Below are positions 41,886 to 52,733 of a stretch of DNA of 54,827 nucleotides, one piece after another. The stretch lies in assembly GCA_044375695.1 (NCBI GenBank), contig JBILMG010000001.1:1-54827 (forward strand), written 5' to 3'. Both the position numbers and the translations under genes were made by a program. Source of the stretch: Minisyncoccia bacterium (GTDB taxonomy: Bacteria > Patescibacteriota > Minisyncoccia > Phycocordibacterales > JAACPR01). The notes beneath the pieces were generated by a model that saw nothing but the letters and a program-made list of their open reading frames with translations, was not told the origin of the DNA and ran no database searches. Numbering within the stretch: position 1 is the stretch's first letter; every line of letters starts with the position of its first letter.

Positions 41886-42653
41886 ATGAATAAAAGACCT
41901 CTCTACTACTGGGGCATTGGCGCCGTGTGCGCCCTTGCCGTGGCTCTCCTGTGGGGCATCTTCGGAACTCACTCGGTCTCGCTCGGCGAGGACGAAGTTC
42001 GAAGCCGCATCAGGCAGCACCTCAACGAGGACTTCCCGGTGACGGGGCTCGCCCAGGTTGCTATCAAGAGCGTGCGCCTAACCGACGCTGACCTGCGTCT
42101 CGGGGACGGCAGCATCGCCGCCGCCTTCGATGTTGGCGGCCAGCTGCGCTTCGGCAAAGAGTTCTCGATGCGCGTCCGCGCGGCGGGCATTCCTCGCTAC
42201 GAAGCCGGAGCGTTCTACCTGCACCCCGAGAAAATCGAGGTGCTGAGCTTCGCCTTCAGCGGCGAGAAGCCGTCTGAGGCGCTCTCCGCTGCGGCCGACC
42301 GGTACATCTCGGACCCCAAAAAGGTCACGCTCGCGAAGGATATCTCCGCGAAGCTCGAGGGTTGGGCTACCTCCGCCGCCGAAAGCGCCGCGACCTACGC
42401 GCTGTCCAAGCGCCCGGTCTACCAGCTCAAGGATGACGGGAAGGGTTGGGTCATTCAATCCGCTCTCAAGTCCCTCAAGGTTGAGCCGGGCAAGGCGACG
42501 GTAACGTTCAGCCTGACGCAGCTCACGATCTCTGTCGTGACCGGATTCTTCTTTATGGTCCTCGGAATCGTCGGGTTCGTGGTGCTGATCGCTCACCCCA
42601 CGTGGGGCGCGCCTGGTCGGGCCGTGCTCGAGGCGGCTACCGTCTTCGGGTGA
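41886..42653 (+). CDS. Hypothetical membrane-anchored protein
   Basis: N-terminal TM and C-terminal TM segments; no family recognised. Confidence 0.55.
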   Translation: MNKRPLYYWGIGAVCALAVALLWGIFGTHSVSLGEDEVRSRIRQHLNEDFPVTGLAQVAIKSVRLTDADLRLGDGSIAAAFDVGGQLRFGKEFSMRVRAAGIPRYEAGAFYLHPEKIEVLSFAFSGEKPSEALSAAADRYISDPKKVTLAKDISAKLEGWATSAAESAATYALSKRPVYQLKDDGKGWVIQSALKSLKVEPGKATVTFSLTQLTISVVTGFFFMVLGIVGFVVLIAHPTWGAPGRAVLEAATVFG

Positions 42654-42670
42654 TGGCCGTCCGGTAATTT

Positions 42671-42704
42671 AGAGCCGCTCTCCGGAGCGGCTCTTTTCTT
42701 TTTT
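42671..42704 (+). terminator. Intrinsic terminator
   Basis: AGAGCCGCTC-TCCG-GAGCGGCTCT followed by TTTCTTTTTT. Confidence 0.8.
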
Positions 42705-42750
42705 GTGTGAAAGCTCGCCGCGCGCGCTGCCAGGGGGTTACCATTGCGCC

Positions 42751-43206
42751 ATGAGAAAAATCTACCTAGTCGCTCTGCTGCTGGCCTTGGCCGGCGCAGC
42801 CGCGGCCGCGTACCGTCTCGCCGTCCCGAACGAGAATGCAGTCCCCGCGCCCGCGCAGATTCCCGCGCCGGCTACCTCTGCGCCCGCGTTGCCCGCCGCC
42901 ACACCGAGGCCAATCGTTGCGCCCAAGCCTGGCGCGGCGGTCTTTACCGCTCCGCTCGAAGAGGTCAACACCGGCTGCTTCGCCGACGGTGAGTGCTACG
43001 TCGTGGTCGGCGGCCGCCACGTCACCGTGCTCGTCGGGCGTCGCGCGGGGCCGGTCGGCTCGCTCATTGGCGTCGCGAGCATTGGCGACCTCGAGCCGCT
43101 CGTCGGCCGAACCTTCGAGGTGGTCGCCGCCGAGAATCCAGACGGCACCTACACCCTCTACGGCGACGTCGACTACCACGTTGCCCTCGTCGCGTCCCAT
43201 AAGTAA
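42751..43206 (+). CDS. Secreted hypothetical protein
   Basis: Signal/TM segment MRKIYLVALLLALAGAAAAAY and a Pro/Ala linker. Confidence 0.55.
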   Translation: MRKIYLVALLLALAGAAAAAYRLAVPNENAVPAPAQIPAPATSAPALPAATPRPIVAPKPGAAVFTAPLEEVNTGCFADGECYVVVGGRHVTVLVGRRAGPVGSLIGVASIGDLEPLVGRTFEVVAAENPDGTYTLYGDVDYHVALVASHK

Positions 43207-43278
43207 TGCGGACCCTTCATCCGTAAGGGTTTTTGAGCCCAAAGCTTCCGCTCCCGATTCGTAATAGAATAGGGGTAT

Positions 43279-44196
43279 ATGAAAAAAATCCTTATCGCGG
43301 TTGTCCTGCTCGCGGCCGTCGGCGCTGGGGTCTATTTCTTCCTTAACCGCAGCGCCGCTCCGGCGGCTGTTGCCCCGGCCGCGCCCGAGCCGGTAGCTAC
43401 ATCTACCGTTCCCGCGGCCACCACGACCGTCGCCGTTAACGAAAAAGAGACGGTCATCGGCAAGTCTGCCGGCGGCCGCGACATTGTTGCCTACCACTAC
43501 GGCGCATCTTCGGCCTCGACGACCGCGGAGCTGCTCCTCGTCGGCGGCATTCACGGCGGCTACAGCTGGAACACCGCCGCCGTCGCCTACGAGGCTATGG
43601 CCTACCTCGACGAGACCTCGGCCGCGATTCCCGAGGGCACGCGCGTCACGGTGGTGCCGGTCCTGAACCCGGACGGCCTCTCTAAGGTCGTCACCGATAT
43701 TTCTCCGTTCTCGAAGGACGACGTTAAGGCTTCCGAGGCGGTCCGCGTCGCCTCTCGCTTCAACGGCAACAACGTCGACCTCAACCGCAACTTCGACTGC
43801 GACTGGCAGCAGAAGGGTACCTGGCAGAGCAAGACCGTGGACGGCGGCGAGGCTGCCTTCTCGGAGCCGGAGAGCCAGGCGATTAAGTCTTACGTCGAGG
43901 CTCACGACATTGCCGGCGCCATTGTCTGGTACAGCTCGGCTGGCGGCGTCTTCGCCTCGAACTGCCACGACGGCGTTCTGCCCGAGACAGCTTCGCTCGT
44001 GAAGACCTACTCGGCTGCGTCTGGCTACGCCGCGCACGAAGAGTTCGACTTCTACGAGGTGACCGGCGACCTCACCAACTGGCTCGCCAAGCGCGGCACC
44101 CCGGCGATCAGCGTGCTCCTCACCACCCACGAGGATACCGAGTGGTCCAAGAACCAGAAGGGCATCGCTGCGGTCCTCGCTAGCTTCGCCGAGTAA
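43279..44196 (+). CDS. M14-like metallocarboxypeptidase family protein
   Basis: GGIHGGYSWN, NPDG, DLNRNFDCDW; TM anchor. Confidence 0.6.
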   Translation: MKKILIAVVLLAAVGAGVYFFLNRSAAPAAVAPAAPEPVATSTVPAATTTVAVNEKETVIGKSAGGRDIVAYHYGASSASTTAELLLVGGIHGGYSWNTAAVAYEAMAYLDETSAAIPEGTRVTVVPVLNPDGLSKVVTDISPFSKDDVKASEAVRVASRFNGNNVDLNRNFDCDWQQKGTWQSKTVDGGEAAFSEPESQAIKSYVEAHDIAGAIVWYSSAGGVFASNCHDGVLPETASLVKTYSAASGYAAHEEFDFYEVTGDLTNWLAKRGTPAISVLLTTHEDTEWSKNQKGIAAVLASFAE

Positions 44197-45095
44197 TGCC
44201 GCCTCGCCCGCGCTTCCGCTGGCGGATTGCGCTCGCCGTCTTCGCGCTGCTGGCGCTCGGCTTGCTCGCCCTCTGGCTACGTGAGCCCGCGGCTGCGCCG
44301 GCCGAACCCGTGGCGCCGCCGGCTCCGGTTTTGCCCGTACCGGCCATGCCCGCTCGCGCCACCGTCGGCACTTCGGTCGAGGGGCGCACGATCGAGGCGT
44401 ACACCTACGGCAGCGGCGAAACCCGGCTGCTCTTCGTCGGCGGCATTCACGGCGGCTACGAGTGGAACAGCGTCGTCCTCGCCTACCAGATGATGGACTA
44501 CCTCGAGGCTAACCCAGCCGCCATTCCGGGCAACCTGTCCGTGACGATCGTGCCGAACGCGAATCCGGACGGCGTTTTCAAGGTGGTGGGGAAGGAGGGG
44601 CGCTTCACGGCCGCCGACGTTCCCGCGGGAACCGATCAGTCGCTCGGTCGCTTCAACGCGCGCGGCGTCGACCTCAACCGCAACTTCGACTGCCGCTGGC
44701 AGCCGGAGAGCACCTGGCGCAGCAAGATTGTCAGCGCCGGAACCGCGCCGTTCTCGGAACCGGAAGCGGCCGCGCTGCGCGACCTCGTGGCTAAGGAAAA
44801 GCCGGTCGCCGCCGTCTTCTGGCACAGCCAGGCGAACGCGGTGTACGCCTCGGCGTGCGAGGCGGGCGTCTTGCCCGAGACCCGCGCGATTATGTCGGCC
44901 TACGCCGCGGCCGCGGGCTACTCGGCCGTCGAATCCTTCGACGCCTACCCGGTGACCGGCGCCGCCGAAGACTGGCTCGCGTCAATCGGCGTGCCGGCGA
45001 TCACCGTCGAATTTTCCTCGCACGAGAGCCTCGACTGGGAGAAGAACCTGGCCGGAGTGCGCGCGCTCCTCGCTCGCTACGCGGCCGACGTCTAG
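44196..45095 (+). CDS. M14-like metallocarboxypeptidase family protein (tandem paralogue)
   Basis: GGIHGGYEWN, NPDG, DLNRNFDCRW; TAATG overlap with the upstream paralogue. Confidence 0.6.
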   Translation: MPPRPRFRWRIALAVFALLALGLLALWLREPAAAPAEPVAPPAPVLPVPAMPARATVGTSVEGRTIEAYTYGSGETRLLFVGGIHGGYEWNSVVLAYQMMDYLEANPAAIPGNLSVTIVPNANPDGVFKVVGKEGRFTAADVPAGTDQSLGRFNARGVDLNRNFDCRWQPESTWRSKIVSAGTAPFSEPEAAALRDLVAKEKPVAAVFWHSQANAVYASACEAGVLPETRAIMSAYAAAAGYSAVESFDAYPVTGAAEDWLASIGVPAITVEFSSHESLDWEKNLAGVRALLARYAADV

Positions 45096-45100
45096 CCTCG

Positions 45101-45133
45101 GAAAAAGAAAAGCGCCCCGGGAAATCCGGGGCG
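45101..45133 (-). terminator. Intrinsic terminator for the 45149-46186 gene
   Basis: Minus strand: GCGCCCCGG-ATTTC-CCGGGGCGC followed by TTTTCTTTTT. Confidence 0.8.
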
Positions 45134-45148
45134 CGCTAGTTCGTGGCA

Positions 45149-46186
<1,038 letters not shown>

Positions 46187-46387
46187 AATTTTCGTTTTCT
46201 GCGTGCCCTATTGCGGGCTTCTGTTTTTTTGGTTGCGCCTCACCGCGAGGCTCGGCTTCAAAGATCACCCGCGGGCAACCTCTGGAGCCGGCCCGGACGA
46301 CTGAACGTCCGGGCACGCCTTCGCGGGTACCTTTGGCCGGCAGGTTCTAGCAGAGCAGGGGAGCGGGAGGAAGCGGCCGCGGAATAA

Positions 46388-46416
46388 TTGACATATAAAT
46401 AAAACTATGCTAATAT
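46388..46416 (+). promoter_or_regulatory. Sigma70-type promoter for the 46459 gene
   Basis: TTGACA, 17 nt, TAATAT. Confidence 0.65.
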
Positions 46417-46458
46417 TTTAAGGCAAGTTCCATAAAAACCGAATAAGCATCAATACAA

Positions 46459-47799
46459 ATGAATCACACCTCTCGCAAAGGCCGCGCCTTTCGGCGCGGC
46501 GAAGTCGACCCTCAGACCCTCGTGGTCTTCGGGTCAGTCATGGTCATCTTGGTGACCCTCGCCATCTTGCTCTTCTCGGGCGACGGCGGGTACGGCGGCA
46601 AGCTGCTCCTGGTGGTCCGCAGCAATGTGGGCTTCTGGGTCATGCTGACTGTCGCCGTCGCGTTCGGGATCTACCGCAAGGTAACCAACCCCGACCGCTT
46701 CCACTGGCACGAGCTGCCGGTGCAACTGGCAGTTTCTCTCGTGGTTTTGCTGCTGCTCTCCTGCCTGTTCTTCTCGACGTCGGCCAACTTGAGCGACACC
46801 GAGATTTGGAACGGGCACGTCACCGGCGCCGAGTACCACGAAGAGTGGACGGAAAGGGTGACAGAGAGGTACTGCAACGGGCACGGTAGCGGCAAGAACC
46901 GCAAGACGTGTAGCGGGTGCAAGACCCGGACGCGACGGGTTTACCACGACCCTTACTGGATCGTGAACACCACCGTCAGCTCGCTCTCGGTAAACTCGCA
47001 GACGTACCGCAACGTGGTTAGCCACTTCGGCAACGAGCGCAAGATCGACCTGTTCCACTCGGGCCAGGTGAGCGTCGGCGATGGCGACAAGTTCGAAACC
47101 ACCTTCAACCCCTCGCAGGCGGAGCGCTTGATTCCGGCTTCGGACTCGCGCTCCTTCGTAAACTACTTGCAGGCTTCAGAATCCGTCAAAAAGATTCGTG
47201 GGCACGGACAGCTCTTCCCAGAGCTCATCCGACCCTACCCGCAGGTTTACGCCGGCCGCTTCGGCCACCTCGAAATCGACCGCGTCATCGACGCCGGTGT
47301 CGGCCTTCCGGCCACCTGGAAAAGAACCGTCGACCGCGCGCTCGAAGAGGCGCTGGTGCAGCTTGGGCACAGGAAGCAGGTGAACGTAATCGTCTACGCG
47401 GCCAAAACCGCCGACCAAACCTTCGCCTACGCCCTCGACCAAGCCTGGAACAAGGGCAAGAAGAACGACGTCATTGTCGTGCTCGGCCTGGACGCGTTCC
47501 CGAAAGTTTCCTTCGCGCACGTGATGGCCTGGACCAAGGTAGAGCAGTTCCCGATTAACCTCCGGAACCGCATCCTGGAGATGCCAAATCTGAGCGACGG
47601 CAAGGCGCTGGCCTCGGCCATTGTCGAAGAAATTTCGAAGCCCGCTTCCCAGGGCGGCTTCGAGCGAACCCCCATGTCAGATCTCGAGTATCTCATCGCG
47701 GATATCGAGCTGCCCATGTGGGCCCAGATCCTCATCGTCCTTTTGGGCGGCGCGGCCAGCTGGGGCACGTCGTCGTTCCTCATCAGGAACGACTTCTAA
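46459..47799 (+). CDS. Membrane protein, hypothetical (upstream partner of LemA)
   Basis: 3 N-terminal TM helices, a large soluble domain with a CxxxxxxxxxCxGC cluster, and a C-terminal TM helix. Confidence 0.6.
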   Translation: MNHTSRKGRAFRRGEVDPQTLVVFGSVMVILVTLAILLFSGDGGYGGKLLLVVRSNVGFWVMLTVAVAFGIYRKVTNPDRFHWHELPVQLAVSLVVLLLLSCLFFSTSANLSDTEIWNGHVTGAEYHEEWTERVTERYCNGHGSGKNRKTCSGCKTRTRRVYHDPYWIVNTTVSSLSVNSQTYRNVVSHFGNERKIDLFHSGQVSVGDGDKFETTFNPSQAERLIPASDSRSFVNYLQASESVKKIRGHGQLFPELIRPYPQVYAGRFGHLEIDRVIDAGVGLPATWKRTVDRALEEALVQLGHRKQVNVIVYAAKTADQTFAYALDQAWNKGKKNDVIVVLGLDAFPKVSFAHVMAWTKVEQFPINLRNRILEMPNLSDGKALASAIVEEISKPASQGGFERTPMSDLEYLIADIELPMWAQILIVLLGGAASWGTSSFLIRNDF

Positions 47800-47850
47800 G
47801 GAAAGCAGAGAAAAACAAAAAAACATCAAGCAAGAAATTAGATCAAATCC

Positions 47851-48450
47851 ATGAATACCCAAATCGCAGCAAAGAAACCCTCTGGCAGCATCAACCCGCT
47901 CTTTCTCATCCTGCTCGGCATCGGAGCCGTCCTCCTCGTCGGCTTCGTCAGCTTGCGCAACGGCCTCGCCCGTCAGGAAAACGGCGTGGTCGCGGCTCAC
48001 GAAGAGCTGAAGAATGTTCACTCGAGCATCTTTAACCAGATGAAGTCGCAGGGGCTCGCCATCGAGAAATACGGCGACCTGGTGATCAAGGCTATCGAGG
48101 TTTCCATGACAGGCCGCTACGGCGAAACCGGCTCCAAAGCCGGGGTCCAGTGGATCAAGGAGCAGAACCCAGAAATCGATGTGAAGATCATGGACAAGCT
48201 CCAGGTCGCCATTGAATCTGGCTACAAGGAGTTTCAGGCGCGCCAAACCACCAAAATCGACCTGATTCGGGTCTACGACAACTCGCTCGATACCTGGCCT
48301 TCGAGCTGGGTCGCGTCCATTGCCGGATTCCCGAACAAGGTTACCGCCGATATGCGCAAAACCATCTCATCGGCCGCAACCGACGACATGATGCAGCGGA
48401 AACAGTTCGACACGATCAACCCGTTCTCGACACCTGCCGAGGCTAAGTAG
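47851..48450 (+). CDS. LemA family protein
   Basis: N-terminal TM helix, then NGLARQENGVVAAHEELKNV ... RVYDNSLDTWPSSWVASIAGF. Confidence 0.7.
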   Translation: MNTQIAAKKPSGSINPLFLILLGIGAVLLVGFVSLRNGLARQENGVVAAHEELKNVHSSIFNQMKSQGLAIEKYGDLVIKAIEVSMTGRYGETGSKAGVQWIKEQNPEIDVKIMDKLQVAIESGYKEFQARQTTKIDLIRVYDNSLDTWPSSWVASIAGFPNKVTADMRKTISSAATDDMMQRKQFDTINPFSTPAEAK

Positions 48451-48527
48451 CCTACGGCCCACGCCGGTGCGCGCTGCGCCCGGCTTTTCTTTTTGTTGCC
48501 AAAGTGCCCTCAGGATAGAATGCCCTT

Positions 48528-48908
48528 ATGGATGAAGAGAAAATCTTTGGCCCGCTCTCCCTCCGGCAATTCTTGTACGTCGCCGTCGCGGCCGGGGCCG
48601 TATACGCCGCGTACCTGTTCCTGCCGCTCTGGGGCGCTGCCGCGGCGGCCGTTGCCGCGGCTATCGTTACGCTGCCCCTCGTCCGAGCTGTCGAGCCGCC
48701 ACCCTTCGACCAGAAGTTCATTGATGCCAAGAAGGCGTCGCTCGCCCCTGAAGATTTCCAGCGGTGGCAGCGTCGCAAGGTGGCCGAGCTGCAATCTCAA
48801 ATCTCTGCCCGCGCCGAGCGTGGGCTCTCCGCCGATCCGGAGCTCGAGCGCGCCAAGGCTATGGTCGAGGCGACTGCCGGCGAAACCAGGCAGGCTCCGT
48901 CTCTTTAG
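48528..48908 (+). CDS. PrgI-like small membrane protein
   Basis: KIFGPLSLRQFLYVAVAAGAVYAAY N-terminal pattern. Confidence 0.55.
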   Translation: MDEEKIFGPLSLRQFLYVAVAAGAVYAAYLFLPLWGAAAAAVAAAIVTLPLVRAVEPPPFDQKFIDAKKASLAPEDFQRWQRRKVAELQSQISARAERGLSADPELERAKAMVEATAGETRQAPSL

Positions 48909-48910
48909 CT

Positions 48911-49234
48911 GTGGCGACCCGCCCCGACACCGTCGAGTTCATTCTGGGAAAGCTGCGTCCGGCAGAGCGCTTCCGCGTGCGCGCCATGTTCGGCGAGTAC
49001 GCGCTCTACGCCGACGGGAAGGTTGTCGCGCTCGTGTGCGACGACCAGCTGTACGTGAAAATTGTGCCCGCGAGCGCGTCGCTCGCCGAATCGTGCGAGC
49101 GGGCGTCGCCGTACCGCGGCGCGAAGCCTCACTACCTGGTAGAGGAGTGGCAGCTCTCGTCGATCGACGGCCTACCCGCGCTGCTCCTCGCCGTGGCCGA
49201 AGGGCTCCCGAACCCGAAAAGGAAAGGGAAGTGA
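48911..49234 (+). CDS. TfoX/Sxy N-terminal domain protein
   Basis: GTG start 2 nt after the upstream stop; RAMFGEYALYADGKVVALVCDDQLYVK. Confidence 0.7.
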   Translation: MATRPDTVEFILGKLRPAERFRVRAMFGEYALYADGKVVALVCDDQLYVKIVPASASLAESCERASPYRGAKPHYLVEEWQLSSIDGLPALLLAVAEGLPNPKRKGK

Positions 49235-49375
49235 CGCCCGGGTTACGTGGCTTCCTGCCGGTCGCGGCCGGCCGGCGCTGTCGGCCGGGTTGGCCCGTAA
49301 CCGCGGCGGCACAAAAATTCCGCGAGACCCTTTTGAGGGTCTTTCTTTTTGCGAACGAGCCTGTAGAATTCTTCG

Positions 49376-49726
49376 ATGAAGACCCCCGTCTACCGAGGCG
49401 CGGTCATCGAGGAAAGCCTCGATGACCGCGCCGTACTCGTTTCCCTGAAGACCCTGCACGTGACCGAAACCAGCGACCCCGACCTGGCCGCCCGCTGCCG
49501 GGTGCGCACGGTAGAGGGTAGTCGGGAAGCGTTACGGGCGCTCTCGCGGCACCTGAAGCCCGTCGGCTGGCACGCCCAGTTCTGGGACTCTCGGCAGAAC
49601 ACCATGATTGTCTTTCGCGGGCGGGTGTTCGAGTTCCGCTTGGCCGATCGCCGCGCCTGGGGCGAGGCGATACGCCACGGGCTCGCCGTCGGCGTGCCGC
49701 GCGAGCGGCTCGGCTCTCCCGCGTAG
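49376..49726 (+). CDS. Hypothetical protein
   Basis: 116-aa ORF after a terminator; no family recognised. Confidence 0.5.
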   Translation: MKTPVYRGAVIEESLDDRAVLVSLKTLHVTETSDPDLAARCRVRTVEGSREALRALSRHLKPVGWHAQFWDSRQNTMIVFRGRVFEFRLADRRAWGEAIRHGLAVGVPRERLGSPA

Positions 49727-49754
49727 GAGATGCGCGAACCTTTCTCTATTCTGC

Positions 49755-50726
49755 CTACCGGCAGTCTTTCTTGCAGAAGAACCTGGTCGGGCCGGCGCCG
49801 AAGGCGAGCAGGATGATAGCCGCCGAGTAGACGGCGAGGTCTTCGACCTCCCACGCGCCCACCTGAACGAGCATCGTCACCACCGAGGCGGCGAAGAAGG
49901 CGGCGATGGTGGCCGTGTTGATGCGGGTGACGTAGCCGAGGATGAACACGACGCCGAACACCAGCTCGACGAAGCCGGTCGAGAGCACGAAGAGCTTGTC
50001 GGTGAACCAGTCGAAGCCGAGCGCCGGCATGAAGTTCCAGCCGTGGTTACCGAGGAAGGCGAGCGAGAGCTCTGGGTACATGAGCTTCTCGGTGAGCGCG
50101 AGCACGATGAGAGAGACGCCGACCGAAATGCGCACCACTTCGACGCCGTAGCGGTCGAGGCGTCGCAGCGGCGACCGGGCAGGCGAATCGTTGACCAGAA
50201 AGTAGAAGGCGAGGCCGGCGAGGAGCACGTTCTCGGCGAGCGCCGCGAAGCCCACCTCCACGCCGACCGCGAGGTGGAGCGCCACGAGGATGGCGGCGCC
50301 GACTCGAGGCCAGACGTTCGCGATGAGCATTAGCCCGGAAATGATCTGAGCCGCCCAGAGCCAGGTGCTCCACCCGCCGGTGACGGGAAACTCTGGCACC
50401 AGGACGAGGTTCCAGACGAGCGCTACCGTCACCAGGAAGAGGCCGAGAACAGCCTGCGCCGCGCGGTTAATGGCGCGGCGGTTCCTGGCCGCGAAGGCGG
50501 CGACCGCCCGAGGTTCGGGCAGCACGCGCGACAGGAGGGCGGCCACGACCACCAGCAGGAAGCCGATAGCCGACCAGGCGACTACCTCGGCGCTGGTGAG
50601 GTAGTAGAACGGCTCTTCGCCGTGGCGCGCGGCGGTAACGGCGGCGCTGTCCACGAACCACTTAACGTGGGCCGAGGCGGTGGCCGGAACGAGCAGCAGG
50701 CAGGCGAACCCAAAAAATTTCTTCAT
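49755..50726 (-). CDS. Polytopic membrane protein (DoxX-like?)
   Basis: Signal peptide plus about 8 TM segments. Confidence 0.55.
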   Translation of the reverse strand: MKKFFGFACLLLVPATASAHVKWFVDSAAVTAARHGEEPFYYLTSAEVVAWSAIGFLLVVVAALLSRVLPEPRAVAAFAARNRRAINRAAQAVLGLFLVTVALVWNLVLVPEFPVTGGWSTWLWAAQIISGLMLIANVWPRVGAAILVALHLAVGVEVGFAALAENVLLAGLAFYFLVNDSPARSPLRRLDRYGVEVVRISVGVSLIVLALTEKLMYPELSLAFLGNHGWNFMPALGFDWFTDKLFVLSTGFVELVFGVVFILGYVTRINTATIAAFFAASVVTMLVQVGAWEVEDLAVYSAAIILLAFGAGPTRFFCKKDCR

Positions 50727-50859
50727 AAGTTGATACTACACCCGCGCCAGGCGCCGCGCCGGTGGAAAAGCGCCCCAGGCGCCGCGCAGAGACGAACGGT
50801 CGCGCATCCGGTATAGTTTCCGTGGCGAGCGATTAGCGACGCCGCGGCAAAAAACTGAC

Positions 50860-51144
50860 ATGAACAGCTTCGAACGAATGGATATTTTTTTCGCCGTCAC
50901 GACCGTAGCGGTCGTGGCCGTGGCGCTGGTCGTGTGCCTGATTGGCTGGCGTCTGGCGCGGCTCCTCAGGGCGATTGGCCGTATTTCAGAAGAAGCCGCC
51001 GACGAGGCGCGGGCGCTACGCGCCGACCTCGGCGACGTGCGCGAGACTGTGCGCCGCGAAGGGTTCAAGCTACGGCACCTTTTCGGTTTGGCTGGTAAGG
51101 TCGGCTCCCGCTTCGCCGGGCGCGGCCGCAGCAAGAAAAACTAA
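50860..51144 (+). CDS. Small membrane protein
   Basis: One TM helix and a basic C-terminus. Confidence 0.45.
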   Translation: MNSFERMDIFFAVTTVAVVAVALVVCLIGWRLARLLRAIGRISEEAADEARALRADLGDVRETVRREGFKLRHLFGLAGKVGSRFAGRGRSKKN

Positions 51145-51161
51145 CTTTCAAAACAACCTCT

Positions 51162-51614
51162 ATGGCGAACGCAAAAAAGAAGGCGGGTAAGGTCAGCGGC
51201 AAGGTGGCGGCCGGCGTCGGTGCGGGCCTTGTGGCCGCCGCCGCTGCCGCGGGCGCGGGCTACTACTTCTACTTCGGCAAGCAGGCGAAGAACCACCGCC
51301 GCATCGCGGCGAAGTGGGCAGGTGACCTCAAGAAAGAAGTCGCCAAGCAGGTCAAGAAGGCGAAAGCCGCAGAGCGTCAGGCGGTCGTCGCGATCGTCGA
51401 TCAGGTTTCGTCCGCGTACCGCGGCGCGAAGTCTGTCGACGCCAAGGACCTCCTCCTCGCCGCGGGTGAGCTCAAGGACAACTGGCAGGAAATCGCCCAC
51501 GAGATTAAGGTTGCCGGCCGTGGCGCCGTGAAAAAAATTCGCACCGTCACCGCGAAGGCCAAGAAGGCCGTCGCGGCGGTGAAGAAGGTAGCCAAGAAGC
51601 CGGCTCGTCGTTAG
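51162..51614 (+). CDS. Lys/Ala-rich hypothetical protein (YtxH-like?)
   Basis: N-terminal hydrophobic segment and charged helical repeats. Confidence 0.45.
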   Translation: MANAKKKAGKVSGKVAAGVGAGLVAAAAAAGAGYYFYFGKQAKNHRRIAAKWAGDLKKEVAKQVKKAKAAERQAVVAIVDQVSSAYRGAKSVDAKDLLLAAGELKDNWQEIAHEIKVAGRGAVKKIRTVTAKAKKAVAAVKKVAKKPARR

Positions 51615-51682
51615 CCCGCAAATATAGCAACGCCCGCCCGCGCCATTTCTGGCGCGGGCGGGCGTTGCTATACAATTGGCCC

Positions 51683-52150
51683 GTGAGAAAAATTCTTGCC
51701 GCCACGCTCGTGGTCGCCGTCGCGGCGGGCCTCTGGCTGTATTTCGATATGGCACCGGAGGGAAAGCCGGCCCCGGCCGAAAAGGCGACACCGCAAACCC
51801 AGAAGAACCTACGCCGCGAAGATATTTCCTGGGCCACCGAAGAGGCTGGACAGAAGCCCGACGAGGAAGGAGCCGCGCCGCTCGTCGACCTGAGCGTATC
51901 GATTGAGGGCAACCCTTACCTCGTCGGTCGCTTCGAGGGTTCCTGTTGGCCCGACGGGGCAAAAGATCTTAGCGGCGGGGAAATTTCTGGGGCCACCTGC
52001 TGGTGGGCTGGCTTCGGGCAGGAAATCAGGGCTGTTCAACGGGGCGGCGCGATTGAAATTCTGCGCCGAGAAATTGGCGAAACGGAAAACGGCGAGGCGC
52101 CGTTCGTCGGCGAGTACTCGCGCGTCTTGCGGGTAGAGCTTCGCCGGTAG
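51683..52150 (+). CDS. Secreted hypothetical protein
   Basis: The GTG at 51683 is preferred because 51665 lies inside the upstream terminator hairpin; signal segment ILAATLVVAVAAGLWLYF. Confidence 0.5.
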   Translation: MRKILAATLVVAVAAGLWLYFDMAPEGKPAPAEKATPQTQKNLRREDISWATEEAGQKPDEEGAAPLVDLSVSIEGNPYLVGRFEGSCWPDGAKDLSGGEISGATCWWAGFGQEIRAVQRGGAIEILRREIGETENGEAPFVGEYSRVLRVELRR

Positions 52151-52207
52151 CGCCGCGCGCCGAACTTTTGACAAAGGCCAAACTTGTTTGTAGCGTCTGA
52201 GGCCGCT

Positions 52208-52672
52208 ATGCCCCCTACAAAAGAAGAACAAATTCCCGTAACGCCCAAAGTTGGCGTCGGGCTCGTCGTAACCAAAACGGATGCCGGCGGCCGGCTGCAG
52301 ATTCTGATGGGTCGCCGCCGAGGCGCCCACAGCGCCGGCGACTGGGCTGTGCCCGGAGGCCACTTCGATTTCGGCGAAGAGATCGAGGCGACCGTCCGCC
52401 GAGAGGTGCAAGAAGAATGCGGCCCGGACCTCAGGTTCGGCGACATGAAACCTCTGTGCATCTCGAACGTGCGCGCGTTCCTGCCGGATCGCCACTACCT
52501 GGACCTCGTGTTCCGGGCAGAATGGGTCTCTGGGGAGCCTCAGAACATGGAGCCCGATAAGTGCGAAGGCTGGCACTGGGTTTACGCGGACGAGCCGCCG
52601 ACGCCCCTCTCGCCGTTTTCTGGCCCAATGCTCGAGGCGCTCGCGACCGGCAAGCTGGTTCACGAATGCTGA
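52208..52672 (+). CDS. NUDIX hydrolase
   Basis: Nudix box GGHFDFGEEIEATVRREVQEECG. Confidence 0.8.
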   Translation: MPPTKEEQIPVTPKVGVGLVVTKTDAGGRLQILMGRRRGAHSAGDWAVPGGHFDFGEEIEATVRREVQEECGPDLRFGDMKPLCISNVRAFLPDRHYLDLVFRAEWVSGEPQNMEPDKCEGWHWVYADEPPTPLSPFSGPMLEALATGKLVHEC

Positions 52673-52733
52673 CCCCGTCGCCCAATTGGGCGACTTTTCT
52701 TTTTGTCCGTGCGGCGCCTGGTAGAATCTCGCG

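Noticed and set aside
48493-49425. 310-aa Arg/Pro-rich ORF
   Set aside because: It overlaps the PrgI-like and TfoX-like genes in another frame and has low-complexity composition.
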